64,000 nt of DNA from Epithemia pelagica (GCA_946965045.2 OX337239.1:744001-808000), one strand, 5' to 3'; numbered from the stretch's first letter, positions 32,170-43,049 are shown. Notes: generated from the sequence alone by a model not told the origin. A program made the numbers and translations.

Positions 32170-33914
32170 ACATATATCCCTCATGCTTGCCATTCTCATG
32201 ACTGAGACAAACATGGTATTAGATCCTTTCCAAGATACAGCGCTTCGCTTTCAAAAAACTGCCTGATCTTTGGTAAATATTCCAGCACAATCGGAATTCC
32301 CTTGTTGTCTAGTGTTCATCACAGCCCATAGGCTACATCCAAAGAACCAGGGGGTGCTTCCGTGACAAAGAGATGATGTAACGGGTACTAGATTTTATAT
32401 TATATACCTTTAAGCTTGCATTGCATTGCAACTGTAATGCCCTTTTCTTAGCCTTCATTCATATTCTGCCATTTAGTCTCTGTATTGTCCTTGTCCACCA
32501 AAGACCATTCCTTATTAATTCCAATCGACTTCACGTCCAATTCCGGCAAGACAGATTCGTGGGCAAACAACAACTCTCCAAATCCCGACAAACGTTTGAG
32601 AAACCGGTAGCCCTTGCTACGAAGGATTCGCACGAGTTCCGGGTTGGGTCGTTCCACTGTTAGCACTTGAAACAAATAACGGTCAAAGGGAAACTCTTTC
32701 ATTATAAAGAGTTCCGCCCCTTCCACATCCAAGGAAAAGTAATCAATGCGATTCGGAGCATGAAACTTGTCCAAAATTTCCACCAATGGCACCGTGTAAT
32801 ACACTTCCTTGGTATCGTTCCGCGTTTTATCTTGGTTGTCATAGCCCACAATTCCTCCCAACTCGCTCTTGAGTTCAAACTGGACGGGATCCATCCGACG
32901 GCTTCCTGCAACTGCTGCCACCACATGACAGGATCGCATGCGAGCCAAATTTTCCCAGTACTCAGGATTGGCTTCCACACAAACACCAGTCCAGTTGAGT
33001 TTTCGTTCCAGTGCGTAGGTATTGGAAAGATAAACGGCCGCATTGGCAGCCAGGTCCAAAAAGAATCCATTGGTCTTTTTTCCGTGATAGAGTGACGAGA
33101 TTATACGGTCTTGTTCCACTTGGCCCACCCATTGAGATTCGTCCTGGGGAAGTTTCCCTCTTTCTTGGCGTCTCAGTTCTTGGAGTTCTTTCCGTTTGCC
33201 GCGAAAGACATGAATGGTCTTCCAACCATCCGTGTCTTCCAGTTCATGTTGTTGTAGTTGCTGTTTTTGCGGAGATGGATCCTTCTTTTCCATCTCCAAC
33301 AAGCTCAAGGTGGAAAAGTCCGAGAAATCCATCTCTGAAACACAACAATGAGAGTCCCAGCAATGACAATGCCAATGAGAGTAAAAATGGGCACGATGAC
33401 AAAGAACAATGGACTGGATTGATTCCGTCGTCGGAGCAGGAAATGTCTTTGAGTGCCGCGATTCAACATGTTTTTTTGGGTTGAGAATTGCCTCTTTCCT
33501 CTTTCCTCTTTCTGTGTTTGCATGTATCATCAACCATCAACATAATGTTGTCCTTTTGTGTCGAAATATTGATTCTTTCGCCTCGCGTGCTCAATGGTCA
33601 CAACGTATGGTTAATGGTTATGCGCTCCACATCCTTTTAATTATCACCTGAGTCCAACCGACCGCGCGGGAGCACTCCGTCATGGAAATGGAATTGCTGT
33701 CGCGCTTCGCGCTGTCCCGTCAAATTGAGCAGGACTTACTTTGGTCATAAAGATCGCTTCTAGATCGCCTATGAGCTCTCACGTTATCTTTCGGGTCGTC
33801 AGTCGTCACAACTAGAGAAAGGCTAAAGAGACTCTTGTTTCGAATCATAGACCTTTCGTGTGTTTGGATTGGATCATGCCTCATTGGATACGGTACAATA
33901 TGGTGAGCGGTCGT
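32170..33914. repeat. Arm A of an inverted segmental duplication (partner: 35307-35457 plus 43200-~44720)
   Basis: The FkbM gene, its 3' flank and the upstream region (e.g. ACCTTTCGTGTGTTTGGATTGGATCATGCCTCAT) recur inverted on both sides of the LINE. Confidence 0.8.
32448..33469 (-). CDS. FkbM-family (Methyltransf_21) methyltransferase, copy 1; TM-anchor exon region out of frame with the catalytic part
   Basis: FFLDLAAN, SNTYALE, GVCVEAN, IDYFSLDVEGAE, LTVERP. MLNRG...TM segment (from 33469) is in a different frame from MDFSDF (33332) onward. Confidence 0.75.
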
Positions 33915-33947
33915 ACCACATCTGTGTTTGGCGGTTGGTTAGTACGA

Positions 33948-35102
33948 ATGTTACAAATAACTGCGGGGATCCTAGTGTTCCTCCATGCCGATACCGTTCA
34001 TGCCTTTTCTTCCTGGACCAGAAAAATAAGAACGCCCCACTGTTTGCCTTGGTCAGAGTCCTTTCAACGGCATGAGATGGTGCAGGAAGGTTGTTCCAGC
34101 CTTGTCGGTGGACGAACTTCAGTGGCCGTGTGGCGGCCCAAAACAACAAGATTTGCAAGCAAAACGAGTTTGTCACGGACCGGTGACGACCCAGACTCGC
34201 TCCGTGATAACAACAACAACAACAACAATGGATTGGCATGGTGGGGACGAATCGGCTTGTTTGGTGTCATTTCTGTCCTATATTGGTATTGGATGGTCTT
34301 TGGTTCCTTGGCGGCCGTTCAAGAATGGCCTGGCATTCCGACCTGGTTGCCCGTCCAACATCCAGCATGGCCTCCCTCGGACGCTGATTTGCAAGCCATT
34401 TTGGACGATTCGTCCCATTTTTTGTACCTGTCTGATGTGTTGCAACAACAATCATCATCATCATCATCGCCAGAGATTGGTGGTGGTGGTGTGGCCTATC
34501 CTCTTCGATTGGCCATTTTCAATTTGGCCGAAGCCTGGATTGTCGGATTCTTACCCCTCTTGTGGACCGATCCGAAACGAATTCGACCCGCTTGGATCTT
34601 GCCAGCAGCATGGGCTGTCTTGGGTATTAACTTGACCAATGCCTTTTTGGCTCCATACCTCTTGATTACCGAATTGCAAACGCCCGACTCCTCCTCCTCC
34701 GCCGTCTCTCGTCCCACCAAACCCATCTGGTCCTTGTTGGTGGGAATGATTGTCGTGTCCGTGTCCAGTTATGCGCTGTACCAAGCCACGGCCGTTGCCA
34801 CAGCCACGGATTGGTCCGATTTTGGGCAATTGATTCAAACGGATCGAACTTATTTGGCGTTTTGTGTGGACCTGGGACTCTTTTCCCTCTTTCAACCCTT
34901 GATTTTGGCACGACTGTCATTGTCGTCTTTCAATCATCCACAACAAGAACCAGCAACGACAACAACGACGACTACAACTACTACTACTACACCCTTCTGG
35001 TGGCACGCCCTTCCACTGGTCGGTCTAATGGTATGGTTGTTTTTACCCGACGAGCAGAACAACCACAACTACCCGGATGGACCGACGGAACGAAACGCGT
35101 AG
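33948..35102 (+). CDS. Plastid-targeted multi-pass membrane protein, DUF2834-like
   Basis: Signal MLQITAGILVFLHADTVHA|FSS, several TM helices, IFNLAEAW, PAW...NAFLAPYL, DWSDFGQLIQTDR. Family assignment is from memory. Confidence 0.6.
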   Translation: MLQITAGILVFLHADTVHAFSSWTRKIRTPHCLPWSESFQRHEMVQEGCSSLVGGRTSVAVWRPKTTRFASKTSLSRTGDDPDSLRDNNNNNNNGLAWWGRIGLFGVISVLYWYWMVFGSLAAVQEWPGIPTWLPVQHPAWPPSDADLQAILDDSSHFLYLSDVLQQQSSSSSSPEIGGGGVAYPLRLAIFNLAEAWIVGFLPLLWTDPKRIRPAWILPAAWAVLGINLTNAFLAPYLLITELQTPDSSSSAVSRPTKPIWSLLVGMIVVSVSSYALYQATAVATATDWSDFGQLIQTDRTYLAFCVDLGLFSLFQPLILARLSLSSFNHPQQEPATTTTTTTTTTTTPFWWHALPLVGLMVWLFLPDEQNNHNYPDGPTERNA

Positions 35103-35584
35103 AACATTGCGGTGCAGACAGCATCTAATAGTTTGGTCTGTAAGCGGAGGGTTGCTCATCTGGCACACACACACATACAAGCTCTCTATGGCCTACAACA
35201 GGTAGGAATATTCCCCATTCGTTCTACTAGCTTGGTAGTTACTTTTGTACAAGCACGCAATGACATTCTGTGCGCAAGACACTCCATTTCTCAACAATCT
35301 GCTAGCACGACCGCTCACCGTTGTGTACCGTGTCCTATGAGGCATGATCCAATCCAAACACACGAAAGGTCCCGCAATCCGAACCAAGAGTCTCTTTACC
35401 CTTATGTTTTGCCTCATGATTGTAGAGACGAGAGACGAATGAAAGATCTTCGAGAGAGAAAAAAAAAAATTCAGTCTATTTTAACGCTGCCGCACGTATC
35501 CAGCTAGGATATCGCCGACCGACGCGCCGGGCCTCCGAGCTAACGAAGGCGAGGACTAACTGTGATGCAGAAACATGTAGGAAA

Positions 35585-38500
35585 CTAGGTGTGGTTGGCA
35601 GATTGTAGGATGACCGGTCTCCAAGTGTTGAGCCATGAACGGAGAGCAACAGAGGTCGTATCGATAGAGAAATGTGTGTCAAGAGAGTCATAGAAGAGTG
35701 ATGCATCACGAGGGAGAACAGTATGGCGGATGGCGTACAAGGCGGCAACTTCACATTTCGCTTGGTCGTATGCAGCGGTTTCTTGAGTCTGAGGAGTCAA
35801 GCCATGTAGAGCTTCATTCCGAGTGAGCCACAGTTTGTGAGTATGTGCCCAAACGATCTTGATCGTACCCGTAACAAATCGGGGACCAGAGATGGCAGTG
35901 TCAGGAGAGGAAGCAGAGAAGGAGTCTTGATGAGTCGACCAGAGGAGAGAAAACCGACCGAGAATCAGTTGATCGAGTCCAATTTGTAATTGAGTGCGTT
36001 GAAGAGTGTAAAAGGGTGAAGTCGGAAGGAGAGGTGAAGGAGGAGAGGATGAGAACCAAGAATGTAGATATTCGGTGAGAAGGGAACGAAGAGAGGGGTC
36101 GACATGATTATCTTGCCAGAAATCACGGAGAGCGTCGAGAAGAGCGCCTAACCATGATCGATTAGGACAACGGAGAAAGTGATCCTGGTCTTCATGCGTA
36201 GGTTCTGAGCAAGAAGGACAGGTATCAGAATAATACGAAGCGTACCGCGAACGTAGATGACCGAGAGGAAGCCATTGATGTAGAAACTTGATGACAAAAT
36301 GTCGGCGCGAGAAATGAGAACGGACAACAATACCATGAGATTCCCAGTCAATAGATTGGAAAGTTTCAGGGGACCATTCGTGTTTGTTGCATAGGTAGTC
36401 ACGTAGAGAAGGAGCTGACGCCAAAGTACGGAGAATAGACCGGTAATTAGAGTTGATCGTACCGTGGGGACCATGTAGGAGAGCTGTTGCTCCCCCAATA
36501 AGAGGGGCGATGCGCGATGAAATAGTTGGTGGGTAGATATAAGAAGAAGCAAGGGAGTCAGCTTCAATGTTCAATTGGGCTGGGAGAGAGAGAGTTGACG
36601 AATCGGCATGATTGTCTTGATGGCCTTTTACATGGAGGAAAGCTGGGATTTGAGGGAATTGTCGAACAGTAGAGGAAATTGCTTGTTGAATATCCCAGTC
36701 GGGAGTCATTGTAGAATAAGTAAAGTCGTACGACCATTCGAGCCGCTTGTGTATTGTTTGGATGAGACTCTTAGAATCGGTGTAAACTGTGACAGCCTCA
36801 GGTAAAGGTTGGGCATAAAATTCAAACAGACGAAATAGAAAGCGAAGAATACTGAGACAACCGTAGCTTTCCGACCGGAAAGACGAAGTTCGATAACCGG
36901 GAGCAGGACCACTGAGACGAAAAAGCCTGACACCTTGAAGTGAGCACCCAACGCAACCGAATGTGCCACGAAATTGCGCAGCGGATCCGTCGCTACATAG
37001 GAGAAGTTGTAGATTGGTATGAAACAGCTCCTGATGCAGAATGTCGAGAGAACAAAGAATATCATGTCCAGTGAGCAGTTCGGATTCCCAGTCGTCCAGT
37101 TCCGAGATATGGCTAGACAGATTGAGTGGATTGGCCACAGGTGGGGTTATCACCGCTGGAGAGACAGGTAGGAGAGTTCGTCGGCCATTGTGGTGTACGC
37201 TCTGCGCTGGAAGGCATTGCGATGGTAGCATAGAAACCAGCGATGTGGTGGGAAAGAAGTAGGGACGTTGGTAGGTAAATCTTTCAAACCGGTCCTCGAC
37301 CTGTACGTAGAGAGAGTATGTTGATGGGTCTAAATACTCCTTCCAGTGGCGGTATGTGTTGTGGCCAGTCACCAGCCATGCACCAAGTGGGTTAAGCAGA
37401 CGTTTCAAGGAACCGGGGGCAGTAAAAGTCAGCATCAGTCTTTTCCATAACACCCAAGCTTTCCGACTTGGATTGGTTTGGTAAGGTAGTAGTCCTTTGG
37501 TTCGTGAGTGCGTATCCCGAGAACAATCAACAGCAAACAAGGATAGATATCTTCCGTCAGCAGTCACTATATCACTCATGAGAGTGACACCCAAGTAGAG
37601 TCGACATGCATTAACGAGACACAGCTCGGTGTCAGTGAAGTTCTGTGAAATCGCATGATCCATAAGAAAGCTATCTCCGTGACGCTGGAGAGGTGGAACA
37701 AAAGTAGTTGCCAACTCAACAGTACATTTGACTGATGACAAAAAGTTTCGGACTTGTGGTACCCAGACCATAGGTTCCATGTGGGGCAAACGAATATCGA
37801 CATGCTGGAGTATCGGCTTGCTTATACCTGCCAAGAATTGTCCCCATGACACTGCGATTAAAGCTAATTTCGAAGCAACTCCTTGAGATCGTACACAAGC
37901 GAGAAAGAGATAGATCTGGCTGACGCTCTTTGCCACGGATAAATCTCGTAATGCCAAACCTCCATATTCCGCAGGACCGTATACCACAGCGTTGGGAGTG
38001 TTGCGGTTAAATCCGTACTTGGGTAGGAACACTTGCTTGAAAGAACATTGTAATGACCGACAGTTCGACTCCGACAGTGTAGATGAGGGAAGAGGATAAG
38101 TCATACTGGGCAAGTAGATCGAGTGGTAATAAGCCCAAGAGTCTACGCGATTGAAGGGACTGTTAGCCATAGTTCGAGTATGAACTTTGTTCTTCTTTTC
38201 AAGTGCTGCATAGAGTTCGTTGTCGGTGCATTTGGGTGATTTTTGTACGCCAAGGGTTTTGTGGCACGCATATGAGGAGAGCTGTCGAAGCTTTTGAGGT
38301 TGGTCAGTGCCATGTAAGTGAATTGTAACATCTGGTCCACACCTGCCAGCATGTAAATTGGGTAATCTGTCTATGCTGAACGTGTAATGCATGAAGTGAT
38401 AGGTGCATTTTTCAAGGTTGAGAGCACCGCCAGAGAGACTTAGCGTGTCGTTCCAACGTTGAGCGTCGTGGGTGGCCTTGGAAATGTATGAGTCGAGTGG

Positions 38501-41338
38501 GGCTTGAGTAGGTAAAGCAAATTCATTTGTACTCCCACTTGTATCGTCGACAAACCCGATCATGTAGATCTTCGTTTTGTACTTGCCGCAAGGTGATTCG
38601 AATGTTGCCCCGTGAGCTTTCTCTTCGTATACGTCAAAGAGCACACAGCTGATCACACACCAGATCGCTGGTGAGTTTCCCGCGCCTTGTCCTGATCCGT
38701 AGATCGGAAAGATCTGACAATGCTTGTAGAATCTTTGTGAGACACCGAGTTTAGTTTTTAAATAATATTTCGCTTCAGCCAAAGTCTTTGCATTGATAAA
38801 GGTAATAGAGCGATGCTGTCCAAAGGCGCGAGAAGCAAGACTGCCGAAATTCATCACGATACGGTCATAACAAGCAGTGGCGTCATAGTCCATATGGACT
38901 AAGGGACGTTTACTTGCTCGCGATTTCTCATATTGCATTTCTTCGATGAAAGTAGGGATCACGGCGTCTTTGCCGGGTACTCCACCAAACTGCGACGGAT
39001 TGAGAACCTGTTGATTCGAGCAATGCGAGATCATTTTCTTCCACTTGGTGGCCAAGACAAGATTATAGTCTTGCTCGTATAAGTGGATAACCCTTAGTCG
39101 ATGAATTTTTAGATTCCCTGGTTGTTTAAGGATCATGACGTTCACAATATGCTTCCATCGTTCGTAACAGTAGCTGTTCAACAAGGCTGTATTCAGAAGT
39201 CCAACTTGCCAATCGATCAAGTCCTCTCGTTTGTGTTCCAGAGCTTCGTACTCGGTTGATTGTGATTGTGGGTCGAGGTCAGTCGGAGCAATAAGAACTT
39301 TACTATGTCCGAGATGAAATCCCGACGGAGACGTGGTAGTCGACTCGGGCCATGCTTTGATCTTTCCAATGCATTCTTCTTTCGTGAGACCGCCTTGGAC
39401 ACTATCGAGTTCAACTCGCACTTTCATGTGTGATATCATGCTCTGAGAAAGTTCATCGATGTCGGGTGGTTCCCAATTGCCTTCTAAAATGAGCTCGGCG
39501 GTGTGACTGGAAGCTCCCCAGTCCACCCACTCCGAAAAAGGGGGTATCGTTGGATAGGTGTTTTCTGCTTGGCCAAAGTGGCGGCGGTTTCGTTGTAGCA
39601 ACCGAGTTTCAATTTCTGACGGGGTATCAATCGTAATCCAGTCTCGGCAAGTCGCGTAATCCATGTCGTTTTCGTCTCTTGGAACATCTAACCGGGTAAT
39701 ACCGTTTTTGGTAGAGCCTCTGCACTTGCGGAGTTTATCGTACATGGCTTTTGTTCTTTCGGCAGCCATTCTATGTTTGATTGCTTTAGACGTTCTGGTG
39801 TCCCCTGTTTTTCTTGCTTCGTCAAGCGCCAGTTTTAGTTCATTCTGCCTTCGAAAAACGGCTGTTTTGGTAATTTCAGAGATTCGTCTTTGTACTGAAC
39901 GAAGTTGTGTTTGACATTCTTCCAGGGAATCCGGAACGAGAAAGGAGTGGCCATGACGGGTGGTATGTTGTAAGCCTGCGTCAAAGTTCCGATTGAGGCG
40001 AATAGAGGATATTACTTTCAAGAGCGTGTTCTTTTGAACTCTCAATTCTGCAAGTTTGCGGGAAAATGGGATGGATCTTGGTTTCTTAGTACATCTTTTT
40101 GCGGCGTAGCTCCCAGCTCTTTGAAAGTCTTTATCGAGTCGCTCTGCTAGGTTTGGGTCCCAAGTCTCTCTCAGTTGTTGAAGTCGCCGTCCAAAGTTAT
40201 GAAGTGTCAGAAACTCATGTTTCGACTCAATATACTGGCGATTCGTAGCTCGGTCCTTACTGGTGAATCCACGGGCTGACATAGGTCCAAGAGCGGGTGT
40301 TTCGTTGCCAAATAATTCTACCACGTCAAAGTCCACAACCATGTTACGGTGGTCGCCTCGTCCTCGTTTCTGGAAGGGTTCGTAGCACCCAGTTAGTGCA
40401 GCTTGTGCGGCGTTTGGCGTACATAATATATAGTCTATCCTCTCGTGCCCTGAGACATGTGTTCCAAAGGTAGACGATCCTGTGAGTTGGTACATGAGAT
40501 CCACTAGTCCTCTGTCTGACTGTAATTTCGACATTCCTGTCATTGAGTCGCCTAGCGCTTCATTGAAATCTCCCATGAGTATCACTTCTGATTGTTGTGA
40601 CTGACGGGCCTCTATAAACTTGTTCAAATCTTCAATGAATGCTACTCTCGGTGTAATATCCCGGCCGGCTTGTCGCAGTAAGCTAGTTTGTTGGGCTGAT
40701 GCTGTGAAACTCCTGATTCTGTTAGTTGTCGAGTCAATCAGAGGCTGAGAGCATACTTGGTACGCTGTGATTATTGTAACAGACTTCTGCCCTCTTCCGG
40801 ATAAGATCTGATAGCTCCATCTCCCAAGTTTATCATTGCCTTGGCATACCACTCTTCCTGACATGTGTCCTCTGGTTGCTAAAAGGGTTCCTCCTGGTTT
40901 GTAGAATGACCGACGTGGAGAAGGTATCACACTGCTGCTGAGTACCATGCGCAATTGCTCAAAATGTTGCTGTACGGTCTTGAAAAGTATCTCTTTACAT
41001 TTTGTGTTCGTAGTATCTAGTTTGGTCTCGTTGATTCCCCATGAATCTGCTTCTAAGTCATGTATCTCTTCGCATAGCTCAGCGAAATCGCCTCCTTGGC
41101 TATCGATGGTTAAGCCGTTGGGGTTTTTGCAAAATATTCTGTATATATTAGGTGTTTTGGTGGGTGGAGCGGTGCCAATGAGTTCGTTGTGTGCGTAGTT
41201 ATGGTGTGCTGTATCATCGAGTGCGTTGAAAAATTCGTGTGTTGGTGAAGTATCAGTGTAGGTTGTAATGGGTTCGTCTAAGTAATCAGTGAAATGATTG
41301 TCGCTATGATGACTAACCATTGGTGGTAAAGCTTGCAT
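35585..41338 (-). CDS. LINE ORF2: APE endonuclease - RT - RNase H - Cys/His motif
   Basis: KNPNG, GINET, MGDFN, IDYIL, GDHR (APE); QFGG, DATACYD, GSGQG, GFVDDT (RT); CSDGS, RSESYG, YTDSKS, HVKGHQD, NIEAD (RH); CPSC...EDQDHFLRC. 1917 aa without interruption. Confidence 0.95.
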   Translation of the reverse strand: MQALPPMVSHHSDNHFTDYLDEPITTYTDTSPTHEFFNALDDTAHHNYAHNELIGTAPPTKTPNIYRIFCKNPNGLTIDSQGGDFAELCEEIHDLEADSWGINETKLDTTNTKCKEILFKTVQQHFEQLRMVLSSSVIPSPRRSFYKPGGTLLATRGHMSGRVVCQGNDKLGRWSYQILSGRGQKSVTIITAYQVCSQPLIDSTTNRIRSFTASAQQTSLLRQAGRDITPRVAFIEDLNKFIEARQSQQSEVILMGDFNEALGDSMTGMSKLQSDRGLVDLMYQLTGSSTFGTHVSGHERIDYILCTPNAAQAALTGCYEPFQKRGRGDHRNMVVDFDVVELFGNETPALGPMSARGFTSKDRATNRQYIESKHEFLTLHNFGRRLQQLRETWDPNLAERLDKDFQRAGSYAAKRCTKKPRSIPFSRKLAELRVQKNTLLKVISSIRLNRNFDAGLQHTTRHGHSFLVPDSLEECQTQLRSVQRRISEITKTAVFRRQNELKLALDEARKTGDTRTSKAIKHRMAAERTKAMYDKLRKCRGSTKNGITRLDVPRDENDMDYATCRDWITIDTPSEIETRLLQRNRRHFGQAENTYPTIPPFSEWVDWGASSHTAELILEGNWEPPDIDELSQSMISHMKVRVELDSVQGGLTKEECIGKIKAWPESTTTSPSGFHLGHSKVLIAPTDLDPQSQSTEYEALEHKREDLIDWQVGLLNTALLNSYCYERWKHIVNVMILKQPGNLKIHRLRVIHLYEQDYNLVLATKWKKMISHCSNQQVLNPSQFGGVPGKDAVIPTFIEEMQYEKSRASKRPLVHMDYDATACYDRIVMNFGSLASRAFGQHRSITFINAKTLAEAKYYLKTKLGVSQRFYKHCQIFPIYGSGQGAGNSPAIWCVISCVLFDVYEEKAHGATFESPCGKYKTKIYMIGFVDDTSGSTNEFALPTQAPLDSYISKATHDAQRWNDTLSLSGGALNLEKCTYHFMHYTFSIDRLPNLHAGRCGPDVTIHLHGTDQPQKLRQLSSYACHKTLGVQKSPKCTDNELYAALEKKNKVHTRTMANSPFNRVDSWAYYHSIYLPSMTYPLPSSTLSESNCRSLQCSFKQVFLPKYGFNRNTPNAVVYGPAEYGGLALRDLSVAKSVSQIYLFLACVRSQGVASKLALIAVSWGQFLAGISKPILQHVDIRLPHMEPMVWVPQVRNFLSSVKCTVELATTFVPPLQRHGDSFLMDHAISQNFTDTELCLVNACRLYLGVTLMSDIVTADGRYLSLFAVDCSRDTHSRTKGLLPYQTNPSRKAWVLWKRLMLTFTAPGSLKRLLNPLGAWLVTGHNTYRHWKEYLDPSTYSLYVQVEDRFERFTYQRPYFFPTTSLVSMLPSQCLPAQSVHHNGRRTLLPVSPAVITPPVANPLNLSSHISELDDWESELLTGHDILCSLDILHQELFHTNLQLLLCSDGSAAQFRGTFGCVGCSLQGVRLFRLSGPAPGYRTSSFRSESYGCLSILRFLFRLFEFYAQPLPEAVTVYTDSKSLIQTIHKRLEWSYDFTYSTMTPDWDIQQAISSTVRQFPQIPAFLHVKGHQDNHADSSTLSLPAQLNIEADSLASSYIYPPTISSRIAPLIGGATALLHGPHGTINSNYRSILRTLASAPSLRDYLCNKHEWSPETFQSIDWESHGIVVRSHFSRRHFVIKFLHQWLPLGHLRSRYASYYSDTCPSCSEPTHEDQDHFLRCPNRSWLGALLDALRDFWQDNHVDPSLRSLLTEYLHSWFSSSPPSPLLPTSPFYTLQRTQLQIGLDQLILGRFSLLWSTHQDSFSASSPDTAISGPRFVTGTIKIVWAHTHKLWLTRNEALHGLTPQTQETAAYDQAKCEVAALYAIRHTVLPRDASLFYDSLDTHFSIDTTSVALRSWLNTWRPVILQSANHT

Positions 41339-43049
41339 CGGCGGTCATGCTAACATCCGCAGTCTCGCTGGATGTTTGTTCATGGACCATGCTCTCATCG
41401 GTAGAAACCCGTGGAGCTGTAATCTTGGAGTCACCAGCGTCACCTTCCTTTGAGGTTTTACGCGCTGTAATGCTCCCGTCGTCATGTGGACGCTTGTTCG
41501 TAGCTGTTGTATTGTCGTTGCTGGATGCATGTTTAGTTGCGGCTTGTGATTCGTCCTTCTCGGCGCGGATTGCCTGTCGTACAATCAGAGCGATACGATC
41601 GTCTTCACTAGATTGCCTTGACATGAGTTGTTCAAATTTGTCCTTCAAACTGATCAATTCATTTTCCAAACGTTCATTGCGTAAGCGAAGTTTGTCGTAG
41701 TCTTCCTGTGTAATCTGGCTTTGACTGCCTGTATCGTTGGTTACAACTGTTTTGGTTTCGACAACAGATGGGATTTGGACTCGAGCCGTTGACCAGGCTT
41801 GCATGACGGGTGTGGAGGTTGCAGGCGGAAGATCATAAGTCCCATTAATTCCTGAGGTAGAGTTGTGAGTGTAAAGTGTAGAACAAGCTGATACATACGA
41901 CTGAAAGGATCTTGCTTCACTATTTTCATGTTCTTCATCAGGTCCAAGCATGGGGATGTCACTACGGAAGCAAAGTCGTGGATTGGAGACTTGTATTTCT
42001 GTCACGTCAATCTTTTCACGCTGTACAATCTCTTCGGTCCAAGCAGCTAAATTCGTACGAATGATTCGAACCACTTCATCGAAATTGCGTTCAGTCGTGT
42101 GGATACTGTAGCGTCCTCTGGTAGCCCATTTTTTGTGTTTTGCAACTATTCCGACTCCTGGAATTTGGCGTAGTTTCAATTCGACGTAGAACATTGCTTG
42201 GGGATGCACTCCTTCAACTGGTACAATTCGACTTCGACTGAGGAACAGGTTCTGACGGATGATTGATTTCTTGTAAGTATCTGCACCTTCTTTCGTGTGT
42301 CTCATCTTGTGGAAAATGAATCGAGGGTTCTTTGCGTAGGTCTTCATCAAGATACTAATCATTGCTTTGGCGTCCGCTTGTCGGCATTGTAGATCGTAAG
42401 CTTTGGTGGAGAGTCGATTGTTTCCATCGGTGTAGGTAAACGGAGACGAGAAGTTACACTTGAACTCAGGGACCTTTCCCAAAGGAATGTTTGCTTTCAC
42501 GATGTCGTCTTGAACGGATTTGATCATTTCTTCATTGATTACGTTTGAAGCATCAGTACCAACGAAAAATCCCAGATTTGATACATTGAGGTCGTCCTCA
42601 GACCAAGGGTGGATGGTCATGCGCCCTTTAGTGAGTAGAAGTTGATCAGAAACATCGGTATGGCGTCGAATTTCACTCAAGGTGATGCGAGAGCGAAAGC
42701 GGTGGATAGCCACGTAGATGGGAATTCGGTTCTTCGTTTCGTTTCCTTTGGAGTAATGTAACTTAAAGTTACGCAGGTAATTGTTGTAAGACATCAATCG
42801 TTTAAAGGCTTTCTTCGACTGTCCATAATTATTGAAAATCTCAATTTCTGGGAAGACTTTCATGATCACATGGAGGGTATCGTAGTGAGACTTGGCGACG
42901 TTAATATTCTCTTTAGGAGAGGGGCGAAAAAGGAACTTAACCACGAATTCTTTCTCTTCACCTTCGTAAGAGATGAATTGGTTCTTCGTGTTCGGAGTAG
43001 AAGTACTGGCATCGTCGATAGACATGCCGTTTGGAGAGCTTTCCGCCAT
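41313..43049 (-). CDS. LINE ORF1 (578 aa, C-terminal coiled coil)
   Basis: Sits directly upstream of ORF2 and overlaps it by 26 nt. Heptad-like DYDKLRLRNERLENELISLKDKFEQL. Confidence 0.85.
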   Translation of the reverse strand: MAESSPNGMSIDDASTSTPNTKNQFISYEGEEKEFVVKFLFRPSPKENINVAKSHYDTLHVIMKVFPEIEIFNNYGQSKKAFKRLMSYNNYLRNFKLHYSKGNETKNRIPIYVAIHRFRSRITLSEIRRHTDVSDQLLLTKGRMTIHPWSEDDLNVSNLGFFVGTDASNVINEEMIKSVQDDIVKANIPLGKVPEFKCNFSSPFTYTDGNNRLSTKAYDLQCRQADAKAMISILMKTYAKNPRFIFHKMRHTKEGADTYKKSIIRQNLFLSRSRIVPVEGVHPQAMFYVELKLRQIPGVGIVAKHKKWATRGRYSIHTTERNFDEVVRIIRTNLAAWTEEIVQREKIDVTEIQVSNPRLCFRSDIPMLGPDEEHENSEARSFQSYVSACSTLYTHNSTSGINGTYDLPPATSTPVMQAWSTARVQIPSVVETKTVVTNDTGSQSQITQEDYDKLRLRNERLENELISLKDKFEQLMSRQSSEDDRIALIVRQAIRAEKDESQAATKHASSNDNTTATNKRPHDDGSITARKTSKEGDAGDSKITAPRVSTDESMVHEQTSSETADVSMTADASFTTNG

